From positions 19,841 to 83,840 of the forward strand of contig JBHLRA010000001.1 of NCBI GenBank assembly GCA_048883045.1: a stretch of 64,000 nt of DNA. Direction: 5' to 3'. Position numbers and translations under genes: made by a program. Shown here piece after piece: positions 9,381-17,767 of this stretch. The DNA comes from Candidatus Thorarchaeota archaeon. Lineage in GTDB: Archaea > Asgardarchaeota > Lokiarchaeia > Sigyniarchaeales > SOKP01. The notes beneath the pieces were generated by a model. That model ran no database searches. It saw nothing but the letters and a program-made list of their open reading frames with translations, and had not been told where the DNA came from. The first letter of the stretch is position 1. The number at the start of each line of letters is the position of its first letter.

Positions 9381-9758
9381 TCATCCTTTCTTGGTATATA
9401 CATGGAATAAGTCTTTTATTCTATTTTCTATAGAACTTAAAGATTTATTTATTGATTTTAGATTAGAATTGATTTCTTTAAATTGAACAATAAATGGATT
9501 TTCAATAGTTAATTTCTCTTTCTCTGCCTTATCCCCGTCCACTATTTGAATAGTTTTTTTATTTTGACCACAATCGGCAATCCAAGGATATACACATTTA
9601 GGGCAACTACCTTCCCATTCCTCTAAAAATCCATCCTTGTTCATGGTGATTTTGTTTTCTGGCTTACCTATGAGGAAAACGTGAAACATTTTATATCCAC
9701 ATTTTTTACAAATAGTAAAAGTATTGTTAAGATCCAAAATTGTTGGCCCCATTGGCAT
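9381..9758 (-). CDS. zinc-ribbon hypothetical protein
   Basis: 125 aa; CKKCG ... CPKC pairs; coiled-coil tail. Confidence 0.5.
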   Translation of the reverse strand: MPMGPTILDLNNTFTICKKCGYKMFHVFLIGKPENKITMNKDGFLEEWEGSCPKCVYPWIADCGQNKKTIQIVDGDKAEKEKLTIENPFIVQFKEINSNLKSINKSLSSIENRIKDLFHVYTKKG

Positions 9759-9759
9759 C

Positions 9760-9930
9760 TTATTTCCCCCTTTTTTGGTTCAATCCTTCTCTTAAAGCTT
9801 TTCTATCTATAATCCTTATATCTTCAACCTTTATATTTCTTTCATTGGTTTCAGGATTTATTTCAGTTTTTATCCTTTTATAGGATCGATTATTGCCTAT
9901 CATTCTTTTAAACCCGTTTTTGTTTTTCAT
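9760..9930 (-). CDS. small basic hypothetical protein (56 aa)
   Basis: Hand-translated MKNKNGFKRMIGNNRSYKRI...; GGAGGA upstream; fills the gap between neighbouring ORFs. Confidence 0.35.
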   Translation of the reverse strand: MKNKNGFKRMIGNNRSYKRIKTEINPETNERNIKVEDIRIIDRKALREGLNQKRGK

Positions 9931-9949
9931 ATGTTCCTTTCATCCTCCA

Positions 9950-10174
9950 TTACATTTTAAATAGATTTTCATATAAATTCCAGCTTTTTAACAAAATATC
10001 ATCAAAACCAAGAATAAATTCTTCTCTAATTTCTAAATATTTATTTCTTAAATCTTTCAGATTAACTATTAAATCCTTTCTCTTTTTTTTAAGTTTTTCT
10101 ATTTCTAATTTGCACCTTTTGCTAATGATATCCATATTTTCTCTTTCTACTGATTGTCTTATGTTGATTTCCAT
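9950..10174 (-). CDS. coiled-coil hypothetical protein
   Basis: 74-aa ORF, heptad-rich. Confidence 0.45.
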   Translation of the reverse strand: MEINIRQSVERENMDIISKRCKLEIEKLKKKRKDLIVNLKDLRNKYLEIREEFILGFDDILLKSWNLYENLFKM

Positions 10175-10310
10175 AATGATACTAATTCTTTTTCTAAATT
10201 TATTTCTTTACTCATTTCCTGTCTCCTCATTATTTTTCTTTTTAAATCAACTAAACCAGTTATAATAAAATTATTTACAATCCCATTTTTAAAAATTGTT
10301 TTTTAAATTT

Positions 10311-10370
10311 ACTGACTCATCCTATCTGATCTCATCCGATCATATCTGATTGCATCTTACAATGATATAT
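10311..10370 (-). promoter_or_regulatory. intergenic element D, copy 1: ACTGACTCATCCTATCT followed by about 10-bp phased degenerate repeats
   Basis: Shares its 5' 17-18 nt with 11188-11250. Units cctatctgat/ctcatccgat/catatctgat/tgcatcttac. Lies upstream of the - strand gene starting at 10174. Confidence 0.5.
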
Positions 10371-10393
10371 TTATATTTCAACCTTTATCTCTT

Positions 10394-11023
10394 TTACATC
10401 CATACCATTCCTATTTCAAATGTTCCATATTGATATCCTTGTCTTAGATTGGGCCTCATATCCCCAATACCATTTTCAAATCCAGCTATTTTCAATAGAT
10501 TAAGAATTTGTTCTTTTGATATAAGTCTTTCATTGTAACAAATTTCAATTTCAAAACTCCAATCATAAAACATAGGTCTAATTCTGGTATCTATCGTTTT
10601 TACTATAACTTCAGGCCTAATATCAATATAATATAACTTATCTTTCGAATAAGGTCTAAATTTTAATTTAACCATTTCGGAATCATCATTGCTAAAAAAT
10701 CGAATAGCTCTCCTTAGAGTAGTCTTATTCAATCCATTGATTTCGGTGGCGGCGTTAATCATTGATTTATAGATCATTCTTATAGGAATTCCAATTTCTC
10801 CATTAGGTAATCTATAAATACAACTTTCTGCAATTTGATCAATATTGTACTCTTTTCTCCCTCCGGTTTTAGGGACTTTCATTTTTTTATCTAAAAGTTC
10901 TTTAACTGTTTCTTCTGGGAACTTATGCATACATAAAGGGGTAATCCCCACTATCTCAACTTTCATGCTTTTTAATGATAAAGCTGGTATTTCTAAAACT
11001 TTGGTTTCTTTTTTGCTTGACAT
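10394..11023 (-). CDS. conserved-looking hypothetical protein
   Basis: Start moved to ATG 11023 (SD AAAGGAGATAAAA). ITPLCMHKF near the N-terminus and a Gly-rich C-terminus GFENGIGDMRPNLRQGYQYGTFEI. Family not recognised. Confidence 0.5.
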   Translation of the reverse strand: MSSKKETKVLEIPALSLKSMKVEIVGITPLCMHKFPEETVKELLDKKMKVPKTGGRKEYNIDQIAESCIYRLPNGEIGIPIRMIYKSMINAATEINGLNKTTLRRAIRFFSNDDSEMVKLKFRPYSKDKLYYIDIRPEVIVKTIDTRIRPMFYDWSFEIEICYNERLISKEQILNLLKIAGFENGIGDMRPNLRQGYQYGTFEIGMVWM

Positions 11024-11187
11024 TTTTATCTCCTTTCTGAGATTAAAGTTTGTCATAGTGCAATTAAGTTAATAACATCCTTTCTAATATAGAAAGGAGA
11101 CGGAAGGATATGACTAGCAAATCATATCCTTCCTTACCAATCATTAAATTAGAGATGGAAAACCTACTTTCTTAACCATACAATTTG

Positions 11188-11250
11188 TACTGACTTATCC
11201 TATCTCATCATATCTCATCAAATCGTATCTTATCATATCATATCTCATAT
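11188..11250 (-). promoter_or_regulatory. intergenic element D, copy 2: ACTGACTTATCCTATCT plus five 10-bp tandem units
   Basis: tatctcatca tatctcatca aatcgtatct tatcatatca tatctcatat (11201-11250); upstream of gene 10394-11023. Confidence 0.5.
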
Positions 11251-11383
11251 AATTTTTTTATATTCAATAACCATGCCAATTCTTTTAACAATGACATTTC
11301 TCTTTACCTTTATAAAAGTTAATTTTGTGCTTCTATAATATTAACGTCTACTATCGTGATTTTTTGTTATCTTATTCCTTTTC

Positions 11384-11659
11384 TTATTTAGATATATTAG
11401 CCATAGCCATTAATTTATCTATATCGCATTTTTTGGCCAATAAAAACATTTTATTGAAAAATTTCTTTGCTTTTTCAAAAATCAAATCAGCTTTAATTAC
11501 ACATCAAGCATATTCTTTTTTATCATCAATAGTTAAATTATTAAGTTTAGCGAATGCTTTTATTCTATTTCCTCCGTTGCTGACAAATTCTTTTAGGAAA
11601 TCTAATAAATATTGCTCTTCTTTTATTTTTTCTAAATACATTCTATCTAAATTATCCAT
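11384..11659 (-). pseudogene. TerS N-terminal (HTH)-like paralog interrupted by an in-frame TGA
   Basis: SD GGAGGG + ATG 11659. MDNLDRMYLEKIKEEQYLLDFLKEFVSNGGNRIKAFAKL..DDKKEYA-TGA(11504-11506)-CVIKADLIFEKAKKFF... Aligns with TerS FLEEYIKNGGNAIQAYGIV..DQKEYLRAGVKAAQMM on both sides of the stop. Confidence 0.4.
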
Positions 11660-11719
11660 TATTTTCCCTCCTTGTATATTATATATAACGTATTTAAACT
11701 CATTTTTATGATCAAATCT

Positions 11720-12784
11720 TTAAAGTTCTTTGAAATTGATATCATATTTCTCAGATAATTGATTAAGGGTCAACACTCTTCCAGTTTTAATATCGCTAAA
11801 ATTTTCAAAATCCAGTTCTCCTTTCTTATAGGCTGCATATCGGTTAGGCCGCAAAACTTCTTTTTTAAACAGCTCATTTTGACGTTCAAACCAATCTCTA
11901 TATTTTTCAGATGCCTCAGTTTTTCCGTATCTAGTTTCATATTTTACTTTGCCAGTCCTAGTCACTCTTTTACTAATTATTTCTTTATAAGGCCTTTCTA
12001 TTCCTTCTAGATCATATTTAGTCAGCGCCATAAGAAGACATCGGCAAAGCCAGTGGGATGGCGGTGTTATTCCAAAAGCCACAATATCTTTATGCACTTG
12101 ACCATCTAGATGCCCACAAAGCAAACAAGTTCGATGATCTAGCGTCGCTATCCATCTATAACCTATAATAAAATCCTCATAACTTTTATACACTTCTTGA
12201 AGAGATTTATTGCTTACATCCATTATTGAAGTTCTAGCGATGCGAGTTGATTCAATGATAGAAAGATTGGTGGCTGTTTTTATATTCTTGGCCATAGTTT
12301 GCATGCTGTGGCCTTGAATAAGGCCATTCAATAGTGCTCTTTTAGAATTCTTAAAATGATTTCTAAAACTTTTATTGAATAGATCAGATAAAAGAAAATC
12401 TCCTATTTTAGGTTTAAGCATTCTTTTAAGAGCTTTGGCTGGTAGTCCTAAATTAGGAACCGATCTGGATATTAAATCTAGGCCCTCTTGTTTCAGAAGA
12501 GCATTGGCAACATTGTAATATTCTAGTTTAGCTACATCACCCAAAGAATCTAATATTTTTCCATCTATCTCTTCGTGAACTTGTTTTAATATATCAATAG
12601 TTTGGGCTAGAACATATTTATAATGGCTCCGGCTTATCTCATTTATCCAAGGTTTGGCCTCTAACTTTTTAAGGATTTCAATTTGTGATCTTCTGAGGCT
12701 GTTGATGATTTCTTGGTCTAAACTATTTCCAAATTCTTCCAGAAAATGCCGATTTTTAAGAATAAAATCCATTAAAGAAGACAT
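11720..12784 (-). CDS. head morphogenesis protein, SPP1 gp7 / Mu F family
   Basis: WIATLDHRTCLLCGHLDGQV...PPSHWLCRC is the Phage_Mu_F signature; located downstream of the portal. Confidence 0.85.
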   Translation of the reverse strand: MSSLMDFILKNRHFLEEFGNSLDQEIINSLRRSQIEILKKLEAKPWINEISRSHYKYVLAQTIDILKQVHEEIDGKILDSLGDVAKLEYYNVANALLKQEGLDLISRSVPNLGLPAKALKRMLKPKIGDFLLSDLFNKSFRNHFKNSKRALLNGLIQGHSMQTMAKNIKTATNLSIIESTRIARTSIMDVSNKSLQEVYKSYEDFIIGYRWIATLDHRTCLLCGHLDGQVHKDIVAFGITPPSHWLCRCLLMALTKYDLEGIERPYKEIISKRVTRTGKVKYETRYGKTEASEKYRDWFERQNELFKKEVLRPNRYAAYKKGELDFENFSDIKTGRVLTLNQLSEKYDINFKEL

Positions 12785-13578
12785 ATATTATCTGTTCTCC
12801 ATTGCATTATACGTTTTAAAGCTATTCGATAATATTCCTTGACTACTTCTATCCCAATATATTTTCTATTAGCCTTTAAAGCCATTGCACAAGTCGTACC
12901 AGATCCACACATAGGATCTAAAATTATATCTTTAGGATTAGACCAAGAAATAATGTGATCATATGCTAATTGTTCAGGAAATGGAGCTGGATGACATTTG
13001 CCTTTTTGTTTCTGTGGTGATTGCTCCCATATATTAAATCTTTGAGATAATTCATTTATAATCATTTTTTTATTTACAGGTTTTATACTTCCATCTGCAT
13101 TTCGTATAGTGCCAGAAACAGTTTTACCTCCATGTTTTGTTTTTCTATCTTTTATTGGATTGAATATTTTTATATTTCCTTTGGATAAAATAAACATATA
13201 ATCGAACACAGGACAATATCTTTTTTTTAATGCACCAACAGCTGAAAATCCGCCTTTATTCCATATCATAGTATCATGTAAATTGAAACCTATTTCTTTA
13301 AAATATAATGCTTGTTTAAAACTTGTTCCTGTTTTAGAACCCTTAATGATTGCGTCTCCAACAATCCAAACTACAACCCCTCCAATTTTAGTAATACGAA
13401 ATAATTCTTGCGCTATTGGCTCAAATCTAAACTTATCTAAATTATTTTTATAAGTTCTTAAATTATCATAAGGTGGAGATGTGACAGTTAAATCAATACT
13501 ATTATCTGGAATATATTTCATCATATCCAAACAATCGCCTAATATTATTCTGTTTATAAAATCTTCTGGATAGTCCAT
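12772..13578 (-). CDS. DNA methyltransferase (beta-class N4-C or N6-A)
   Basis: LTVTSPPYDNLRTY (motif IV, SPPY) is N-terminal to ILDPMCGSGTTCAMA (motif I). Confidence 0.85.
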   Translation of the reverse strand: MDYPEDFINRIILGDCLDMMKYIPDNSIDLTVTSPPYDNLRTYKNNLDKFRFEPIAQELFRITKIGGVVVWIVGDAIIKGSKTGTSFKQALYFKEIGFNLHDTMIWNKGGFSAVGALKKRYCPVFDYMFILSKGNIKIFNPIKDRKTKHGGKTVSGTIRNADGSIKPVNKKMIINELSQRFNIWEQSPQKQKGKCHPAPFPEQLAYDHIISWSNPKDIILDPMCGSGTTCAMALKANRKYIGIEVVKEYYRIALKRIMQWRTDNICLL

Positions 13579-13611
13579 ATTATAATAACGTATTTAAACC
13601 ACAAATTTTGA

Positions 13612-15324
13612 TTATTCTTCTTCCTCAACAAATTCTTCTTCCTTTTTATTTTTCTCCTTTTTTATCAAAGCTCTTACCTCTGCTTCTTTTTGAGCATTAA
13701 GCTCTATATCTTTGGCCTCTTCTTCGGCAATTTTTGCTTCCTCTTCCTCTTTATTGAAATTACGTGGCAATATTTCTCCTCTGCTCAAAATTTCCCATAA
13801 AGTGTCTCGGCTTAAATCCTTAGTCATTCTCATATCCAACAGAGCTTTGATAAGGTCAGATTCTATTTCTTTGATATCAAAATCAAGATTATAGCTGACT
13901 CTAATATCTTCATCTTTTCTATAGTCCAATTTCTCCCAAAGTGCAGCAAATTCCCAGCATTGCTGCTCAGAATTTGAAAAATTAATAGCTCTAGTTTGGA
14001 TATCAGATAAGGAATCTAATCTATCCAGCTTTTTAGCTTCAGCAGTTTGTCTGGCGCTGGTGCTAGGCCTTACTTGTTTCATGGCTAGATCGAATATTTC
14101 AGATATAATCATCTTTTCAGATTCCCTTAAAGCCTCTATAGAACTGCCAGTAAACTCCATCCATTTACCATCAGCTTTATCATTCTCTGTGATAATAGCC
14201 ATTTCTTCAGAAATAATAAGCTTTTCTTTATCTGTAAAACCTTTTAAAAATAGAAAAGGAAAAGCCGACATAACTTCTGCATGTTGGCGATCAGAATGTT
14301 TGTTATAAAATTCCAAAGCTAATTCAACTATATCAAAGATTGCTGATTTACCTACACCCCAATCTATTTCTTCACTATAGAATGGGACTAATGGGATTGT
14401 GTTTATAGATACAATCTTTTCTCCTAACTTTATTATTTCTTTTTTGTTACCAGGCAATTCTTTATAAGTATATATGGCTTGTTTATGGGGCCAAATAACT
14501 CGATATTGGACTTGATATTTAACTTCTAGAAAGGGGATATTTTCTATGATTTTCTTTTCCCTTATAATTACATAACTGAGTTCTTTATTCCCATCAATCT
14601 TTTCTCTCCAACCCCAATCCAATATATTTCTGGGATCTATTGGACAAAAATAAGGCCTTAGATTGAGGGCTTGTTCATCGGCTTGAGTTACTTTGGCCAA
14701 TTCTTTTCTTGCTTCATCTGAATCTTTGGCATTTTTTACAAAAGGATTTTCAGGATATTCAGTCAAAACATAATATATCCCTAATACTTGAGCCATTTTG
14801 GTTATAAAACTAAAAAATTTATTTGCGGATTTTCCCATCCTATCTACATTGCCTTTATATTCTTCCAGCAAAGGAGGCAGAATTCTTTCTGGTTCTTTTC
14901 TCCAAATATGTGATTGGAAAGTAGTGATGACTTGGGCAGGTTTGTTATAATATACTGCTTCCTTTTTTCTTTGATCATATTTTTTTTGAGGTTCATTGGC
15001 CTTTTTTATAAGATATACATCATCATCAGCATTTTGAACATTCCCTCCCCCTATAAAACAATCATAAAGCCTATCCCAATGAGGGTCAAGGATGTCATAA
15101 TTTGCATGCTGTTTGTCTAAATCTATTTCATCCATTTTATTATCAGGGGCAGTTGGACTTTGCTGATGAGATATTCTTTGCCTCAACACTTTTTCCTCAT
15201 AAGAAACTGTTACTTCATTTTTAATATTTGTTTCTGGATTTATGATTGTCTTTTGGCCTTTCTTAGCTCTTGGAGTATATGTTTTTTTCGTCAATTTAAT
15301 TTCCTCCTTATAGAAAATTATCAA
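13612..15324 (-). CDS. portal protein
   Basis: 570 aa between TerL and the MuF-like gene; acidic C-terminus. The likely true start is TTG 15294, preceded by AAGGAGG (the ATG at 15324 has no SD). Confidence 0.7.
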   Translation of the reverse strand: MIIFYKEEIKLTKKTYTPRAKKGQKTIINPETNIKNEVTVSYEEKVLRQRISHQQSPTAPDNKMDEIDLDKQHANYDILDPHWDRLYDCFIGGGNVQNADDDVYLIKKANEPQKKYDQRKKEAVYYNKPAQVITTFQSHIWRKEPERILPPLLEEYKGNVDRMGKSANKFFSFITKMAQVLGIYYVLTEYPENPFVKNAKDSDEARKELAKVTQADEQALNLRPYFCPIDPRNILDWGWREKIDGNKELSYVIIREKKIIENIPFLEVKYQVQYRVIWPHKQAIYTYKELPGNKKEIIKLGEKIVSINTIPLVPFYSEEIDWGVGKSAIFDIVELALEFYNKHSDRQHAEVMSAFPFLFLKGFTDKEKLIISEEMAIITENDKADGKWMEFTGSSIEALRESEKMIISEIFDLAMKQVRPSTSARQTAEAKKLDRLDSLSDIQTRAINFSNSEQQCWEFAALWEKLDYRKDEDIRVSYNLDFDIKEIESDLIKALLDMRMTKDLSRDTLWEILSRGEILPRNFNKEEEEAKIAEEEAKDIELNAQKEAEVRALIKKEKNKKEEEFVEEEE

Positions 15325-15331
15325 ATTTTAT

Positions 15332-17740
15332 CTAATATATCAAAATATCAGAAGTATCTATAACATCAGCGCTCTTTCTTAATTTCCTGAACATGCAAGC
15401 ATAGCGTACTTCGTCGCAATTCGAAACAATTATATTTCCTTGAACTGCGAATAGATGGCTCCCTTTTGTAGTTAAACAATAAACATCTGACTTTCCTATA
15501 CAATCAATTGATTTTATTTTTTTTCCTATTTTCTCCGCTGAGTTTTGCTCCGCAATCTCTTGAACAAGTTTTAGTCTTTCCATATTTGATTGTTTCGAAT
15601 TCTTTGCCACATATTGAGCATATTCTTGTTTCATGATCAAGTTTATTACTTCTTCTATATTTTGATTTGCAAACATTGGAGCAAAATTTTTGGAATGGAA
15701 ACCCTTCAAATTCATTCTTACATTGTAAACAATTTTTAATTTTTCTTGCAAGTATTTTATCTTTGCAATTTGATTGATATTGGCGTTTATGCCATTCTTT
15801 GCCTTCATCGCTCTTATGCCATTCTGCTGCCTTAATCCTAGCTTTGCTGCTTGCATTGAAAAAAGCTGAATTATCTTCTCTAAGATTAATATGTAATTTA
15901 GAATGTTGGCTTTGTGACATTGCTTCCAAATTTTCGATATTATTATTTGATCTATCAAAATCTTTGTGGTGGATGTGAAATCCATTTGGTATATTCCCAT
16001 TATGAAATTTCCAAACTGTTCTATGTAAAATATTCCCATTTTTTTTTCTAAAATATCTTCCTTGTAAGTAATATCTAATTCCATTAAATTCTTGTATTGT
16101 TTCACTAATGATAATGGTTTGCATTCATCCTCTCCTTTTAAAGAATAACAATAATCTCCTATTTTTAAATATTTAGCTTGTATTAGATTATAATTTATAT
16201 CTAAAAATTTATGATCTAATGTAGATTCAACTTTTGTTCCATCCTCAAACGATATGCGTATTAAATCTTGATTTCTTCTAGTCATTCTGCAATTATAATA
16301 ATCTGTATAAAAATTTCCAACTGTTATTATTTTCCCTTCAGTTCCGACTAAATTTTTTATGGGCTTAAATCCCTCTAAAGTTTTAACCAATGTGTTAGGG
16401 GATAAACATATATGATCTTCCTGATGAGGGGCTATATCTTCTAAATTTTTAGCATCTCTTTGCAGATAGGGTATAGTCCTTTTAAAATCATAACACCATT
16501 CCATTACCAGCAATCCTGGCCCAAATTCTTTATTTCCTATCAATCTATTACGGACTTGAGCCCATCCTGGAACTCTGCTTTTATCAGATTCAACAAACAA
16601 ATCTCCACCCATTTGCTTATGGATACTTTCTCCTCCTCTTTCCTCAAATATCTGATTATCTGCTGGTCCCTTTCTTATATTAAGACTGCCCCATTGTTTT
16701 TCTCTTTCTCTTATTTCTTTTCCTATCTGTTCATTAGACATGTAAAGACCGGATATTTTCCCGTTATCTCTTTTACATCCATACCATTCTGCAAATCTTA
16801 TCAAGGTTCCCCTTGGGTAGTATAAGCCATTTGGAGCTACATTCCCATCGCTTTCACACCACCAGCCAACTGAAAAAGGACTTGCACTGCCCCAATCAAA
16901 ACTTCTAAAACAAAACCAATCTGAAGGAGGCACAAAACATTGAGAGATTGGGATAACATTTTTTATTTCATTCCAAGCATCAGCAAAAAACGAACCAATC
17001 TTTACATCCCAAGAACCAAATATCCAAGATTTCTTAAGTTCTTCATCATTTAAACCAAACAAAGTCTTACGATAAGCTTTACCTTGATTATCCATAAATG
17101 GTATATTTTCCAACATATTACCAAAGATTGCTATTCTCTTTTCTCCCTGATTATTCTCAATAGGAACTCCCCAGCGCCCAACTGGATCAACAAAATATCC
17201 TTTGACCTCTGCTCTTCCTACACCCCAAGTATTGGCAGTTGATCTTATTCTGGGAAAGACTGATATTGGAGAAGATGCAAAGTTACAGCTCTTCATGAGC
17301 TCATAAGCCTCTAGATTAGGCCATTCACAAAGCTCATCCCAACCTATCCAGGGGAGAGCATGGCCATGAAAATTTCCATAATCTTTTTCATTATCCATAT
17401 AGGCAAATTTTAAAGTTTCTCCGTCTGGAAAATACCAAGTGCCTTCACTTTTGTTATATTCAGCTTTAAGAAATATTTTTTTATATAGCGTTTGGCTTTC
17501 AAATACTAAATCTCGGAGTTGGGGAAAAGTTCGCCTAAATAAAACACCTCTCCAAATAGGTCCATAACCTTTTCCTACATCTTGTAAAAAATCAACAAGT
17601 AAACTAGCACTTTTGCCAGCCTTTCTTGTTCCGAAATATAATGCCTCTTTAAATGGACAAGATAAAAAAAGAGATTGGGAGCCTGGATTAGGGGTCCACG
17701 CTAATGTATTTTTTTTATTATTTTGTTTTAAGATGTCCAT
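15332..17740 (-). CDS. terL: terminase large subunit precursor containing an intein
   Basis: Walker A FGTRKAGKSAS, Walker B IGWDEL. Nuclease motif EDHI|...|CDEVRYACM is split by a 330-codon insert. Confidence 0.9.
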   Translation of the reverse strand: MDILKQNNKKNTLAWTPNPGSQSLFLSCPFKEALYFGTRKAGKSASLLVDFLQDVGKGYGPIWRGVLFRRTFPQLRDLVFESQTLYKKIFLKAEYNKSEGTWYFPDGETLKFAYMDNEKDYGNFHGHALPWIGWDELCEWPNLEAYELMKSCNFASSPISVFPRIRSTANTWGVGRAEVKGYFVDPVGRWGVPIENNQGEKRIAIFGNMLENIPFMDNQGKAYRKTLFGLNDEELKKSWIFGSWDVKIGSFFADAWNEIKNVIPISQCFVPPSDWFCFRSFDWGSASPFSVGWWCESDGNVAPNGLYYPRGTLIRFAEWYGCKRDNGKISGLYMSNEQIGKEIREREKQWGSLNIRKGPADNQIFEERGGESIHKQMGGDLFVESDKSRVPGWAQVRNRLIGNKEFGPGLLVMEWCYDFKRTIPYLQRDAKNLEDIAPHQEDHICLSPNTLVKTLEGFKPIKNLVGTEGKIITVGNFYTDYYNCRMTRRNQDLIRISFEDGTKVESTLDHKFLDINYNLIQAKYLKIGDYCYSLKGEDECKPLSLVKQYKNLMELDITYKEDILEKKMGIFYIEQFGNFIMGIYQMDFTSTTKILIDQIIISKIWKQCHKANILNYILILEKIIQLFSMQAAKLGLRQQNGIRAMKAKNGINANINQIAKIKYLQEKLKIVYNVRMNLKGFHSKNFAPMFANQNIEEVINLIMKQEYAQYVAKNSKQSNMERLKLVQEIAEQNSAEKIGKKIKSIDCIGKSDVYCLTTKGSHLFAVQGNIIVSNCDEVRYACMFRKLRKSADVIDTSDILIY
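15419..16408 (-). mobile_element. intein in the TerL nuclease motif (codons 445-774)
   Basis: Block A CLSPNTLVKTLEG (Cys1 at 16406-16408), block B TLDHKFL, blocks F/G VYCLTTKGSHLFAVQGNIIVSN, +1 Cys at 15416-15418. Confidence 0.8.
15504..16124 (-). CDS. HNH homing endonuclease nested in the intein in a different reading frame
   Basis: 206 aa; HIHHKDFDRSNNNIENLEAMSQSQHSKLH; zinc ribbons CLQCKNEF..FCSNVC and CSICGKEF..CSRDC. Own SD AAAGGAGAGG 4 nt before the ATG. Frame offset 2 relative to TerL. Confidence 0.8.
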   Translation of the reverse strand: MQTIIISETIQEFNGIRYYLQGRYFRKKNGNILHRTVWKFHNGNIPNGFHIHHKDFDRSNNNIENLEAMSQSQHSKLHINLREDNSAFFNASSKARIKAAEWHKSDEGKEWHKRQYQSNCKDKILARKIKNCLQCKNEFEGFPFQKFCSNVCKSKYRRSNKLDHETRICSICGKEFETIKYGKTKTCSRDCGAKLSGENRKKNKIN

Positions 17741-17767
17741 TTTTCTTTTTCCGCCAATTTTTTTGCT

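Noticed and set aside
9775-9784. GGTTCAATCC, a tRNA T-loop-like string; a general scan of intergenic regions for tRNA/tmRNA
   Set aside because: Flanking bases cannot form a T-stem or acceptor stem. No cloverleaf-compatible sequence was seen in any intergenic region.
11504-11506. Genome-wide TGA reassignment (code 4/25) suggested by the in-frame TGA in the TerS-like ORF
   Set aside because: TGA clearly terminates several well-supported genes with coupled ATGA overlaps (20634-20636, 30047-30049). It also ends the nested HNH gene (15504-15506) and the gene at 6574-6576. Standard-code ORFs tile the window well.
11325-11711. 128-aa + strand ORF from the track
   Set aside because: Its translation is low-complexity and Leu/Phe/Ile/Ser-rich, and it has no SD. 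It is antisense to a better-initiated TerS-like reading frame in a - strand operon.
15504-16124. Simple sequencing frameshift as the explanation for the out-of-frame HNH in the intein
   Set aside because: It would need two compensating indels. The HNH ORF also has its own SD and ATG placed just after the N-splicing domain and its own stop just before block F. It is kept as a formal refutation test in the finding.
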